From an uncultured Gemmatimonadales bacterium (GTDB taxonomy: Bacteria; Gemmatimonadota; Gemmatimonadetes; Gemmatimonadales; GWC2-71-9): a DNA stretch of 64,000 nucleotides. Positions 29,964 to 39,615 of this stretch are shown here, piece by piece. The stretch is taken from positions 103,942-167,941 of the forward strand of contig CAWGSK010000015.1 of assembly GCA_963825055.1 (NCBI GenBank), in the 5' to 3' direction. How positions within the stretch are numbered: the stretch's first letter is position 1; every line of letters starts with the position of its first letter. The notes beneath the pieces were generated by a model. It worked only from the letters and a program-made list of their open reading frames with translations, had not been told where the DNA came from and did no database searches. The translations under genes and the position numbers were made by a program.

Positions 29964-31484
29964 TCAGGGTTCCGGATTGACGACGTGGATCTCGACCCGC
30001 CGGTTGATGCGACGGGCTTCGTCAGAGTCGCCTTCGGCGATAAGGTGTTGCGCTCCATATCCTTTGATCGTCAGCTGGGTTCCCCGAACGCCGCGCTGCA
30101 GGAGGTAGAGCCGGACGCTCTGGGCCCGTTCGGTGGAGAGCCGGAGATTCTCTTCCGGTCCAAGCCGGTCATGGGCGTATCCTGCGATTTCGACCTTCAC
30201 GCCGGGATTTGCAAGCAGGACCGTCGCGACCGAATCGAGGACGGGCTTCCCGAGGTCGCCCAGGTCGGTCCCGCGGAACTCGAAGGCCCCTCCCGGAACG
30301 GTCCAGGGGCCGAAGGCCCGGGCCATGGCGGGCGTCTCCAGCGCGACCAGGCCGGTATCGGCCGGTTCCGCGGCGCATCCGGTCGCGTCGATTCTGGCGC
30401 CGGCCGCCGTCGCCGGGCAGAGGTCGGCGGCATCGGGGATGCCGTCGCCGTCCGAGTCGAGGGTGGGTGAACAACCGAAGGCGTTGACCGAGGTGCCCGC
30501 CGGCGTGTCGGGGCACTGATCGATCCCGTCCAGCACCTGGTCGTTGTCCTGGTCGCCCGGGCAGCCGAGGCCGTCCACCGCGGCTCCCGGTGGGGTATCG
30601 GGGCATCGGTCGAGGCCGTCCACGACTCCATCCTGGTCGGCGTCGCTCGGACACCCCTGTGCGTTGACACTCGCGCCGGCCGGAGTATCCGGGCACTGGT
30701 CAATGCCGTCCAGAACCCCGTCGCTGTCGCCATCGGCCGGACACCCGACGCTGTCCACTGCCGCGCCGGGGGTGGTGGAGGGGCACCGGTCCAGCCCGTC
30801 GGGCACGCCATCGGCGTCGTGGTCAGTCGGGCAGCCCTGCTTGTCGACCAGGGCACCTAGGCGGGTGTCAGGACAGTGGTCGTACCGGTCGTACACGCCG
30901 TCGCCGTCGGTGTCGTCGAGCGGCTTGCTGCCGATCATGAAGCTCAGGCCGAGGCTGCCGCTGTAATTCGAGAAGGAGAACGCCGAGCTCCGGATGATCA
31001 GGCCCTCGGTACGAACCATGACTGTGGGGCTGAGTGCAAGCCGAAGGCCGAGCCCGCCCAGCAGGGCGCCGGTCGAGCCGCACGGGCCGGTGCCGGGTGT
31101 GGAAATGGCGGGGCAGCTTCCCCCGTAGGTGACCGATGCGTATCCGCCGCGCAGGAACGTCGAGCTGTAGGTCCCGATCGGGATGTTATAGAGCAGGCTC
31201 GCGGCGATCGACTTCACGTTGACCGCGAAATCTGCCGACTGGGTCTTGGGCTGTGCGTAGGAGCCTTCCACCTCCAGGCCCAGATGCCAGGGGAGCCAGT
31301 AGCCGAGGCGGGCCTGCCCGCCGGGCGCGGCGGCCAGGTCGGTGGACTGGTCATAGGACTGGTACATCCCGGCCGCGCTGGCCTCCAGCCGATACAGCCG
31401 CTGGGCGCTGGCGGGGCCGGCGAACAGTGGCGATGCCAGGAGTGCGAGGAGTATCGGGAGCCGTCGTACCTGAACAGAACGCAT
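29964..31484 (-). CDS. OmpA family protein with thrombospondin type-3 Ca-binding repeats
   Basis: N-terminal barrel, 6 x D.D.DGV.D..D.CP.TP.G..V...GC, N.RLS..RA..V and RR.NRRVEI. Confidence 0.92.
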   Translation of the reverse strand: MRSVQVRRLPILLALLASPLFAGPASAQRLYRLEASAAGMYQSYDQSTDLAAAPGGQARLGYWLPWHLGLEVEGSYAQPKTQSADFAVNVKSIAASLLYNIPIGTYSSTFLRGGYASVTYGGSCPAISTPGTGPCGSTGALLGGLGLRLALSPTVMVRTEGLIIRSSAFSFSNYSGSLGLSFMIGSKPLDDTDGDGVYDRYDHCPDTRLGALVDKQGCPTDHDADGVPDGLDRCPSTTPGAAVDSVGCPADGDSDGVLDGIDQCPDTPAGASVNAQGCPSDADQDGVVDGLDRCPDTPPGAAVDGLGCPGDQDNDQVLDGIDQCPDTPAGTSVNAFGCSPTLDSDGDGIPDAADLCPATAAGARIDATGCAAEPADTGLVALETPAMARAFGPWTVPGGAFEFRGTDLGDLGKPVLDSVATVLLANPGVKVEIAGYAHDRLGPEENLRLSTERAQSVRLYLLQRGVRGTQLTIKGYGAQHLIAEGDSDEARRINRRVEIHVVNPEP

Positions 31485-31659
31485 GAGGACCCGGTCTGGA
31501 GAAGTGAATGGCGTCGGGCGCCGGCGGCCCGGCCTCCCCGCGTAAGATGGACGGGCCCGGCGGCCGGGGGCAAGAATGCCGGGGTGCGACTTGGCATCCA
31601 TCCCGCGGAGGACTACGATTCGGAGACCCTGAATTTCCTACTCAACCGCGGGCAGGCAT

Positions 31660-31887
31660 ATGCAAGTTACGATCCAGTACTGCGTCGTTTGAAACTACGA
31701 ACCACGGGCCGCCAGGCTGGCGGCCGAGTTGAAGGAAGCATGGCCCGACGCCGAAATCCGGCTCATCGAGTCCTCGGGTGGCGTGTTCGAGGTCACGGTC
31801 GACGGCGACCTGGTATTCTCGAAGAAGGCCCTGCGCCGTCATGCGGATCCTGGCGAGGTGGTCGACCTCATCCGCCAGCGTGCCTGA
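31660..31887 (+). CDS. SelT/SelW/SelH (Rdx family) selenoprotein, UGA-Sec at 31690-31692
   Basis: MQVTIQYCVVU NYEPRAARLAAELKEAWPDAEIRLIESSGGVFEVTVDGDLVFSKKALRRHADPGEVVDLIRQRA; CxxU plus GxFEV and FSK Rdx motifs continue in frame past the UGA. Confidence 0.9.
31707..31725 (+). promoter_or_regulatory. Bacterial SECIS-like hairpin
   Basis: GGCCGCCA-GGC-TGGCGGCC stem starting 14 nt after the UGA, G-containing loop. Confidence 0.7.
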
Positions 31888-31900
31888 CACCGATCGACAC

Positions 31901-32980
31901 ATGCGCGTAGCCATCAGCACCGGCGGCGGCGACGCCCCCGGCCTCAACGCGGTGATCCGGGCCATCGTCCTGTCCGCCTGTCACCGCGGCTGGCAGTGCT
32001 ACGGCATCCGCCGGGGGTTTGACGGCCTGCTGGGGCACGAGGGCATCATGAAGCTCGGGCCCCAGGAAGTCCGCGGCATCACCCACCTTGGCGGCACGAT
32101 TCTCGGGACGACCAACCGGGGGAATCCCTTCCGGTGGGTCGTGCCGGACGCCGAGGGAAATCCGCAGGAGGTGGATCGCTCGGGCGAACTGGTCGACGCC
32201 TTCCACGCCAGTGGGTTCGATGCCCTCATCTCCATCGGCGGGGACGGCAGCCTTGCCATTGCGCATGAGCTGCACGGGATGGGACTCCCCGTGGTCGGTG
32301 TCCCGAAAACCATCGACAACGATGTCAGTGGAACCCTCACGACGTTCGGGTTCGACACCGCCGTGAGTACGGCCACCGACGCGATTGACAAGCTCCACTC
32401 GACGGCCGAGAGCCACGAGCGGGTGATGGTGGTGGAACTGATGGGACGGTACGCCGGCTGGATTGCGCTCAACAGCGGTATCTCCGCCACGGCTGACGCG
32501 ATCCTGATCCCCGAGATCCCCTTCGACCTCGACAAGGTGGCTGAGAAGATCGCGCGCCGTGAAGCGTCCGGCCGTCACTTCAGCATCATCGTGGTGGCGG
32601 AGGGCGCGACTCCCGTCGGTGGCGGGGTGGTCCTGGTCGAACGCCGCCAGGAGGGCAGCGTGGACCGGCTCGGCGGTATCGGCAGCCAGGTCGCGCGCGC
32701 CATCCAGGAGCGTACCGGCAAGGAGACCCGGTCGCTCGTGCTCGGACACCTGCAGCGCGGCGGGTCACCGACCACATTTGATCGACTGCTGGGGCTCCGC
32801 TTCGGTGCGGCGGCCATCCGGGCCGTCGCGGATGGCGCGTTCGGGGTCATGGTCGCGCACACCCCCCCCACGATCTCGCGTGTTCCGCTGGCTGACGTCG
32901 TTGGCAAGCCCAAGAACGTTCCCCTCGACTGCGACACGATCCTCACCGCCCGCGACCTCGGCATCTGCCTGGGCGACTGA
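31901..32980 (+). CDS. pfkA: 6-phosphofructokinase
   Basis: TGGGDAPGLN, GGTILGT, IGGDGS, PKTIDND, ELMGR, LGHLQRGG. Confidence 0.95.
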   Translation: MRVAISTGGGDAPGLNAVIRAIVLSACHRGWQCYGIRRGFDGLLGHEGIMKLGPQEVRGITHLGGTILGTTNRGNPFRWVVPDAEGNPQEVDRSGELVDAFHASGFDALISIGGDGSLAIAHELHGMGLPVVGVPKTIDNDVSGTLTTFGFDTAVSTATDAIDKLHSTAESHERVMVVELMGRYAGWIALNSGISATADAILIPEIPFDLDKVAEKIARREASGRHFSIIVVAEGATPVGGGVVLVERRQEGSVDRLGGIGSQVARAIQERTGKETRSLVLGHLQRGGSPTTFDRLLGLRFGAAAIRAVADGAFGVMVAHTPPTISRVPLADVVGKPKNVPLDCDTILTARDLGICLGD

Positions 32981-35052
32981 TGTCGCCCGGGCGCCCTGAC
33001 TACCCCGCTTCCCCGGCCCGGCCCGTCACCGACACGCTGCATGGACGGGAGATCGTCGATCCCTGGCGCTGGCTCGAGGACAGCGACGCCAATGAGGTGC
33101 GGGAGTGGACGGCAGCCCAGAACGCCCTCACCCGTGACTGGCTTGACCAGGTGCCGGAGCGGGACGCCATCCGCCGCCGGCTCGAGGAACTCCTCGCCAT
33201 CGGCGGGGTGAGCACGCCGTCCCCACTTCGCGGGAAGTATCTCTACGAACAGCGCGAAGGAAAGCAGAACCAGCCGGTCCTGTACCTGCGTGACGGCCGG
33301 GACGGTCCGGCCCGCGTCCTGCTCGACCCCAACTCGCTCTCCGCGGACGGGACGACCGCGCTCGACTGGTACCACCCCAGCGAGGATGGACGTCGACTGG
33401 CGTATGGCCTGTCGGAGGACGGCAGCGAGGAAAGCGTCCTGGCCATCATGGACCTCGATACTGGCGAGGTGCTGCCCGACCGGATCGACCGCACCCGTGC
33501 TGCCGACGTGGCATGGCTGCCGGATCACGACGGGTTCTACTACACGCGATACCCTGAGCCCGGAAGCGTGCCGGAGGGCGAGGAGGGATATCATCGCGCG
33601 ATCTGGTTCCATCGCGTTGGCGATGATCCGGAGAAGGACGATCTCGTGTTCCGGCCGGAGGAGAAAGAACACTGGCCGGCGGTCGGCCTCTCGCCTGACG
33701 GCCGGTGGCTCACCGTAGTCGTAGCCCGGACGTTCGACCAGACCGACCTCTACCTGAAGGACCTGCACGGCGCCGACGAATGGATCACGGTCGCAAAAGA
33801 CCTCCCGGCGAGCTTCGAGGGCCGGATCGTGCGTGGTCGCCTGTATCTCCGCACCAATCTCGACGCGCCGTCCTACAGGCTGTTCACCGTGGACCCCCTC
33901 GACCCCCGCAGGGAATCATGGCGGGAGATCGTCCCGGAACGCACCGACGCCGTGCTCGACGGCGCCCTGGTGCTGCGCGACCGGATCGCACTGCACTATG
34001 TCGAGCGGGCCTCATCCCGCCTCCTGCTGACAGGGCTCGACGGCGGGAACCCGGTGCCGGTGAATCTCCCCGCCATCGGCAGCGTGTTCGGGCTGGGTGG
34101 TGAGTGGGACGGGACCGAACTCTTCGTCGGTTTCTCCTCATATACCTGGCCGCCCACCGTGTTCCGGCTCGACCTGCTGAGCGGGGAGCGATCGATCTGG
34201 CACCAGGTGGACGCCGGGATGGACCCGGAGCGGTTCACGGTCCAGCAGGTCTCCTGCCCCGGGCGGGACGGGACGAACATCTCGATGTTCCTGGTGCACG
34301 AGGGCCGGCTGTCCGACGACCGGCCCCGCCGGACGTACCTCACGGGATACGGCGGATTCAACATCAGCATGACCCCGGCCTTCTCCCGCTCCATGATGCT
34401 CTGGCTCGAGCGCGGTGGCCTGCTCGTCGTACCCAATCTCCGCGGTGGGGGAGAGTATGGCGAGGCGTGGCACCAGGGAGGCATGCTCGCCAGCAAGCAG
34501 AACACGTTCGATGATTTCATCGCCACAGCCGAATTCCTGATCCGGCAGGGCTGGACCGACCGGGACCATCTCGTGATTGCGGGTGGCTCGAACGGTGGCC
34601 TCCTGACTGGCGCCGTGCTCACGCAACGGCCCGACCTCTTCCGCGGGGTAATCATCCAGGTGCCCTTGCTCGACATGTTGCGCTACCACCGGTTCTTGAT
34701 TGCCAGGCTGTGGATCCCCGAGTATGGCTCCCCCGACGATCCCGAGCAGTTCGAGTGGCTGGCAGCCTACAGCCCATATCATCATGTGCGGGACGGACTG
34801 CGGTACCCAGCGGTCTTTCTGGCCACGGCGGAGAGCGACACCCGGGTCCACCCGATGCATGCGAGGAAGATGGCCGCCAGGCTGCAGCAGGCGACCTCGA
34901 GTGATGCGCCGGTCCTGCTCCGCCTGGAGACGCGGGCCGGCCACGGGGCGGGGAAGCCGGTGGCCAAGCTGGTCGAGGAGCTGACGGATATGTGGTCGTT
35001 TGTGATGGGGGTACTGCCGGACGATGACGATGTGAAGAACGGTGAAAAGTGA
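32980..35052 (+). CDS. Prolyl oligopeptidase (S9A)
   Basis: DPWRWLED, YGGFN, NLRGGGEYG, GGSNGG, DTRV, AGHG. Confidence 0.95.
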   Translation: MSPGRPDYPASPARPVTDTLHGREIVDPWRWLEDSDANEVREWTAAQNALTRDWLDQVPERDAIRRRLEELLAIGGVSTPSPLRGKYLYEQREGKQNQPVLYLRDGRDGPARVLLDPNSLSADGTTALDWYHPSEDGRRLAYGLSEDGSEESVLAIMDLDTGEVLPDRIDRTRAADVAWLPDHDGFYYTRYPEPGSVPEGEEGYHRAIWFHRVGDDPEKDDLVFRPEEKEHWPAVGLSPDGRWLTVVVARTFDQTDLYLKDLHGADEWITVAKDLPASFEGRIVRGRLYLRTNLDAPSYRLFTVDPLDPRRESWREIVPERTDAVLDGALVLRDRIALHYVERASSRLLLTGLDGGNPVPVNLPAIGSVFGLGGEWDGTELFVGFSSYTWPPTVFRLDLLSGERSIWHQVDAGMDPERFTVQQVSCPGRDGTNISMFLVHEGRLSDDRPRRTYLTGYGGFNISMTPAFSRSMMLWLERGGLLVVPNLRGGGEYGEAWHQGGMLASKQNTFDDFIATAEFLIRQGWTDRDHLVIAGGSNGGLLTGAVLTQRPDLFRGVIIQVPLLDMLRYHRFLIARLWIPEYGSPDDPEQFEWLAAYSPYHHVRDGLRYPAVFLATAESDTRVHPMHARKMAARLQQATSSDAPVLLRLETRAGHGAGKPVAKLVEELTDMWSFVMGVLPDDDDVKNGEK

Positions 35053-35062
35053 AAGGTGAAAG

Positions 35063-35647
35063 GTGAAGGGGAAGAAGGCGGAGTTGCGCAGCCTGGTGCT
35101 GTCGCGGCGGGAGATCGAGCCGGATCGCGAGGCTCGCAGCGCACGGATTCTCCAGCGGCTGGTAGAGCGACCCGAGTATCAGGAGGCGCGGACCGTGATG
35201 TGCTACGTCGGGGTGGGAACCGAGGTGGCCACCACGCCCCTCATCGAGGCGATGTTCGAGTCGGGCCGGCGCGTGGTGGTGCCGTGGTGCGAGCCGGAGG
35301 ACCTGCGCCTCTTCGAGCTTCGGTCACTCGGGGAACTGGAGCCCGCCGCATTCGGCCTGCTGGAACCGCCGTCATCGCTTCGGGAAGATGCGGACCGGCT
35401 GCCCGGTCTCGAGGTCGTGGACCTCATCGTCGTGCCGGGCGTCGCGTTCGACCGGCGCGGCGGGCGGCTTGGCCACGGGAAGGGATACTACGACCGCCTG
35501 CTGGCCCGCCGGAGCCCCGGTACGTCCGCCATCGCGCTCGCTTTCCAGTGCCAGATAGTGGACGCCGTTCCCATGACCGACAGGGACGTTCCTGTGGACC
35601 TCGTACTAACAGAATCTGGTGCCTATCACGGGCTCGCATCGGGATGA
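35063..35647 (+). CDS. 5-formyltetrahydrofolate cyclo-ligase
   Basis: K.ELR, FGLLEP, VPGVAFD..G.RLG.GKGYYDR; start lies within GTGAAAG repeats. Confidence 0.93.
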   Translation: MKGKKAELRSLVLSRREIEPDREARSARILQRLVERPEYQEARTVMCYVGVGTEVATTPLIEAMFESGRRVVVPWCEPEDLRLFELRSLGELEPAAFGLLEPPSSLREDADRLPGLEVVDLIVVPGVAFDRRGGRLGHGKGYYDRLLARRSPGTSAIALAFQCQIVDAVPMTDRDVPVDLVLTESGAYHGLASG

Positions 35648-35747
35648 ACCATGGAAGGCGCGGAAGCCTCCTTGAGGCCGCTTCTGTTCCTCCGTGATTT
35701 CCGTGTTTCAAAACAGTCCCGACTGCCGATTGCCGACGCCCTACTCC

Positions 35748-36326
35748 CTACCCTGTCATTCCCAGAAAATTCCTGACCAGATCGTGTCCGTAATCGGTGA
35801 GCACCGATTCGGGATGGAACTGCACGCCCACCACTGGACGCTCCCGGTGTGCCAGACCCATCACTTCGCCATCGTCCGTCCAGGCAGTGACGACGAGGTC
35901 GTCCGGGAGGCCCTCGGCCCGGACGGACAGCGAGTGGTAGCGGGTCGCGCGGAAGGGCGAGGGGATCCCCCGGAAGACACCAGTGCCATCATGATGGACG
36001 AGGCTGGTCTTCCCATGCATCGGTGCGCGGGAGGGGACGATCGCCGCGCCGGCCGCGGCCCCGATGCACTGGTGGCCCAGGCACACGCCGAGGACGGGAA
36101 TGTCTCCGGCCGCGCGGATGACCTCGATCGAGCATCCGGCTTCTGCCGGTGTGCACGGCCCTGGCGAGATGATGATGTGCCCCGGGGGCTCCTTCAGCAT
36201 GCGTGGCACGTCGAGCGCGTCGTGGCGAACGACCCGCGCCTCCCGCCCCAGTTCCCGAACGTACCGCGCCAGGTTCCAGACGAACGAGTCGTAGTTGTCG
36301 ATCAGCAGGACCGGGCCGGCGCTCAT
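35748..36326 (-). CDS. pabA: Aminodeoxychorismate/anthranilate synthase component II (glutamine amidotransferase)
   Basis: IDNYDSF, SPGP, GVCLGHQ, RYHSL, QFHPES. Confidence 0.9.
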   Translation of the reverse strand: MSAGPVLLIDNYDSFVWNLARYVRELGREARVVRHDALDVPRMLKEPPGHIIISPGPCTPAEAGCSIEVIRAAGDIPVLGVCLGHQCIGAAAGAAIVPSRAPMHGKTSLVHHDGTGVFRGIPSPFRATRYHSLSVRAEGLPDDLVVTAWTDDGEVMGLAHRERPVVGVQFHPESVLTDYGHDLVRNFLGMTG

Positions 36327-37768
36327 GCTTCCCGATCCGCGAGAGCCGCCGCCATCGCCCGGATCTTGTCCACCGTCTCGTCGAATTCCGCTGCCGGGTC
36401 CGAGTCGGCCACGATCCCGCCACCGCCGTGGAGGTGCACCAGCCCGTGCCGGATCATGGCCGTCCGGATGGCGATGCTCGTATCCATGGCGCCGGTCAGA
36501 CTCCACCAGCCGATGGCGCCGGTGTAGACCTCCCGGGCCACCGGCTCCAGTGCCGCGATGATCTCCATGGCGCGGATCTTCGGAGCACCGGTGATGGACC
36601 CGCCGGGGAAGCATGCCTTGAGGAGGTGGCCGGCGTCATGCGGTTGCTCGAGCGTGCCGGTGACCGTGGAGACGAGGTGGTGCACCGTGGGATGGGGTTC
36701 GAGTACCAGCAGTTCCGGTACCCCCACCGTGCCCGGCAGGCACACCTTCGAAAGGTCATTCCGCAGGAGGTCCACGATCATCACGTTTTCGGCGCGGTCC
36801 TTCTCGCTCGCAAGCAGTGCTTCGCCGAGCGCCCGGTCCGCGTCTGCCGTGCGGCCACGCGGGCGAGTCCCCTTGATGGGCCGGGTCTCTACCCTGCGGT
36901 TGGTCGGATCGTACTGGAGAAAGCGTTCGGGAGAGGCGCTGGCAACCTGGAAGGCGCCGTAGTCGAGCCAGGCCGCGAACGGTGCCGGCGTCGCCTCGCG
37001 CAGGCGCCGGTAGTACTGGAACGCCGTCCCGGCGATCGAGGCGGACAGCCGGCGCGAGAGGTTCACCTGGAAAATGTCGCCGGCCAGGATCAGCCGGATG
37101 GCTTCCCGAACGGCGGTCTCGTACGCTGCCCGGTCGAGGCTGACGCTCCATTCCCCGCCGCCGATCTTCTCCCGGGCACCCGCGGGCACTTCATCGCGGA
37201 GTTCCGCGAAGTGCTCTTTGGGCGGGGTGGCGACGAGCATCCCCTGCACCAGTTCCGCCCGCTGTCTCGCGCGTCGGGCCCGGGCCTCGCCAACATCAGG
37301 GAGCCCGGTCGAGATGATCCAGCATCCGCCAGTGGCGTGGTCCCAGGCGAGCACCCAGTCATACACACCGAGGATGACGTCCGGCAGCTGGACATCGCGG
37401 TTCCGGGGAGGGGGGATGGTCTCGAGGAGCGCGCCGTAGTGGTAGCCGACGTATCCCGCCGCACCGCCCTGGAACGGGGGCAGTCCCGGAAGGGGCTCGT
37501 GCCGGAAGGGAGCGAGCAGTTCGCGGACGGCATCGATGGGATCGGTGGGCAGGGGCCGCCGCTCCCCGCGCTCGGGCGTTTCGCGGAACGTCCGGCCGCC
37601 GTCGGATCGGATCAGGTCGAAGGGATCGGCAGTGAGGTAGCTGTAGCGGCCACGAGCATTATCGCGCGCGGCGCTCTCCAGCAGGACCAGGGCCGGGAGG
37701 CCGGAGAGCGTTGCCGCGGCCACGAGGGGCTCGGGAGGGGAGGGGACCTCGAGGACGAACGGGAGCAT
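36323..37768 (-). CDS. pabB: Aminodeoxychorismate synthase component I
   Basis: SPERFL, PIKGTRPR (PabB-type PIKGT), ENVMIVDLLRND, FPGGSITGAPK; folate cluster context. Confidence 0.9.
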   Translation of the reverse strand: MLPFVLEVPSPPEPLVAAATLSGLPALVLLESAARDNARGRYSYLTADPFDLIRSDGGRTFRETPERGERRPLPTDPIDAVRELLAPFRHEPLPGLPPFQGGAAGYVGYHYGALLETIPPPRNRDVQLPDVILGVYDWVLAWDHATGGCWIISTGLPDVGEARARRARQRAELVQGMLVATPPKEHFAELRDEVPAGAREKIGGGEWSVSLDRAAYETAVREAIRLILAGDIFQVNLSRRLSASIAGTAFQYYRRLREATPAPFAAWLDYGAFQVASASPERFLQYDPTNRRVETRPIKGTRPRGRTADADRALGEALLASEKDRAENVMIVDLLRNDLSKVCLPGTVGVPELLVLEPHPTVHHLVSTVTGTLEQPHDAGHLLKACFPGGSITGAPKIRAMEIIAALEPVAREVYTGAIGWWSLTGAMDTSIAIRTAMIRHGLVHLHGGGGIVADSDPAAEFDETVDKIRAMAAALADREA

Positions 37769-37792
37769 CGCGTGGCGCGTGGCGCCGGGTTC

Positions 37793-38140
37793 TCAGTCGG
37801 TCTTGAGCAGCGGGTCGGGTGGTGCGTCGAGGACGTCCTCGCGGCTCGGGGTCCATCCGACCACCTCCTCGATCCGGCGCGCCATGGCGAGATCCTTCGC
37901 GGTGATTCCCCCGGCGCTGTGGGTGGAGAGCCGGACGACGACCTCACCGTAGTGCACCTCGAGGTCGGGATGATGGAACCCCGTCTCACAGGCCCAGCCG
38001 ATGGCGTTCACCACCATCAGTGTGGTGCGCCAGCCGCCGGTGCGGTAGCTGCGCTCGAGCGCGCCGTCGGCCAGCGCCCAGCCCGGCAGGTCATTCAGGG
38101 CGTCGCGTATGGTGCCAGGCCCCAGTCGTTCCATTCCCAT
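37793..38140 (-). CDS. Pterin-4a-carbinolamine dehydratase
   Basis: HHPDL and THSAGGIT.KD motifs. Confidence 0.9.
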   Translation of the reverse strand: MGMERLGPGTIRDALNDLPGWALADGALERSYRTGGWRTTLMVVNAIGWACETGFHHPDLEVHYGEVVVRLSTHSAGGITAKDLAMARRIEEVVGWTPSREDVLDAPPDPLLKTD

Positions 38141-38640
38141 CAGGTTTCCTCCATCTCGAGCACATAGAACGCCGACTGCCCGATGCTCTCCTCCACCTCG
38201 ATCTCCATGGAGGTCAGGTTGGTCACGCCCCGTTCCCGCAGCCGGTCCCGGACCTGGTGGGCCAGGTACTCGCCGAGCATTTCCGCGGTCGTGTTGGAGA
38301 TGGGGAGCATCGCGCAGTCGGACTTCGGGAAGATGAACCGCCGCTTCTCGAAATAGTCCACCTGGAGTGCGTCACCCTGTTCGTGGTAGGCAAGCTTCGG
38401 GTTGTCGATCGGCAGGAGGACGCGGTGGTCCATCGTGCCGACCAGGTCCCGCACGATTCCCTTGAGGATCGCGAAGTCCACCACAAAGGCGCACTCCGGA
38501 TCCACCGCGCCCGAAACCGTCACCCCGACCCGATAGTTGTGGCCGTGCAGGGACTCGCACTGGTGCCCCGAGAACGTAATGAAATGGGCCGCCGAGAAGC
38601 CCAGATAGTCCTTGTAGACGGAAACCTTGAATTCGCTCAT
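38140..38640 (-). CDS. 6-pyruvoyl-tetrahydropterin synthase family (QueD/PTPS)
   Basis: FSAAH, CESLHGHNY, VDF, DH, TAE motifs. Confidence 0.9.
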   Translation of the reverse strand: MSEFKVSVYKDYLGFSAAHFITFSGHQCESLHGHNYRVGVTVSGAVDPECAFVVDFAILKGIVRDLVGTMDHRVLLPIDNPKLAYHEQGDALQVDYFEKRRFIFPKSDCAMLPISNTTAEMLGEYLAHQVRDRLRERGVTNLTSMEIEVEESIGQSAFYVLEMEET

Positions 38641-38880
38641 CGCACCGGTGCCGGTATGCCGTTCGGGGTGGAAAAGAGGTCCGGAATATAGTCCCCGACC
38701 CATTCTCCGGGCGCGACTCCCGCCTTGCGTCACGCATCATCGAATCGGAACATGCCGGGGTTTCCGGCCGGCGGGTGTGCTCGCGGCGGAACAGGCCGGC
38801 GGGAATCTGTCCGGGTTCGAGGACGGCGACAGGGGCGGCAGGAGAAGCATAGAGTGTTATATGACAATGACTTGGCTCAA

Positions 38881-38896
38881 TGGCACAGAGGTCGCT
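38881..38896 (+). promoter_or_regulatory. Putative sigma-54 promoter
   Basis: TGGCACAGAGGTCGCT (GG-N10-GC) with AT-rich possible IHF site at about 38853-38874. Confidence 0.5.
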
Positions 38897-38936
38897 CTCA
38901 GGACGGGCGTACAGAATCCCCTACTGGAGGTGCCCT

Positions 38937-39365
38937 GTGAGAGCCACCCTGTTTGCTGCGGGCCTGGTCCTTGCCACAAGTCTGATCGTCCAGCCCGCTG
39001 AGGCCCAGCGGGTGAGTGCGGACATCATCGTGGGCAGCGGCCCGGTCTCCGGCCGAGTCATCCTTGGCCGCCCCGCGGTTCGCCATTATCCCCGTCGCGC
39101 CGTCGTCGTCGATCGATATGTACCGCGCCGCTACGTCGTCCAGCGCCACGTCGTACGCCGTTCCCGGGGACGTGGCCATGCATGGGGCCACTTCAAGGGG
39201 CTTCGCCAGGAGCGGGGTTACCGGGCGGTGCGGGTGTACTGGGATGACCGACACGACAGCTATTACGACCGTCCGGCTCACGGCCTGCGGGAGATCACGA
39301 TCTACGAGCGCGACGGCCGGTACTACCGGGACTGGGATGGGGATAGAGACCGGTGGGATGATTGA
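38937..39365 (+). CDS. Secreted Arg/Asp/Tyr-rich low-complexity protein
   Basis: GGAGG SD then GTG; signal peptide ending AEA-Q; RGRGHAWGH motif. Confidence 0.75.
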   Translation: MRATLFAAGLVLATSLIVQPAEAQRVSADIIVGSGPVSGRVILGRPAVRHYPRRAVVVDRYVPRRYVVQRHVVRRSRGRGHAWGHFKGLRQERGYRAVRVYWDDRHDSYYDRPAHGLREITIYERDGRYYRDWDGDRDRWDD

Positions 39366-39437
39366 AGACGGAAACAGCGACAAACGTTGAGTGGTTGAGT
39401 GGTTGAGTCGTACGCGTAGCTGCTGACTTCCAGGATT

Positions 39438-39540
39438 GGGGGAGCTCCGCGCTTCCATGAAATGAACCGGCCGGTTCCTCTCGCGGCCAAAGCAGTACCC
39501 GGTCGGTTCACCAGACCCGAGGCTCCCCGCCACGGGTCGA
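39438..39540 (+). ncRNA. Candidate structured RNA (unassigned)
   Basis: GGGGAGC/GCTCCCC and TGAACCGGCCGG/CCGGTCGGTTCA nested helices followed by a terminator. Confidence 0.4.
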
Positions 39541-39544
39541 AAGA

Positions 39545-39572
39545 GGCCCCGCTTCGGCGGGGTTTTCTTTTT
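39545..39572 (+). terminator. Rho-independent terminator
   Basis: GGCCCCGC-TTCG-GCGGGGTT followed by TTCTTTTT. Confidence 0.85.
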
Positions 39573-39615
39573 CCTCCCCGATCTCCGACGCCCATCCGCC
39601 CTTATCTTCCCTCCC

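Noticed and set aside
30400..30920. Regularly spaced DNA repeats
   Set aside because: Explained by thrombospondin type-3 protein repeats of the OmpA gene.
39438..39540. tRNA-Sec, SRP RNA, tmRNA or a known riboswitch
   Set aside because: No cloverleaf with UCA anticodon, no SRP loop motif and no recognisable aptamer consensus; kept only as an unassigned candidate.
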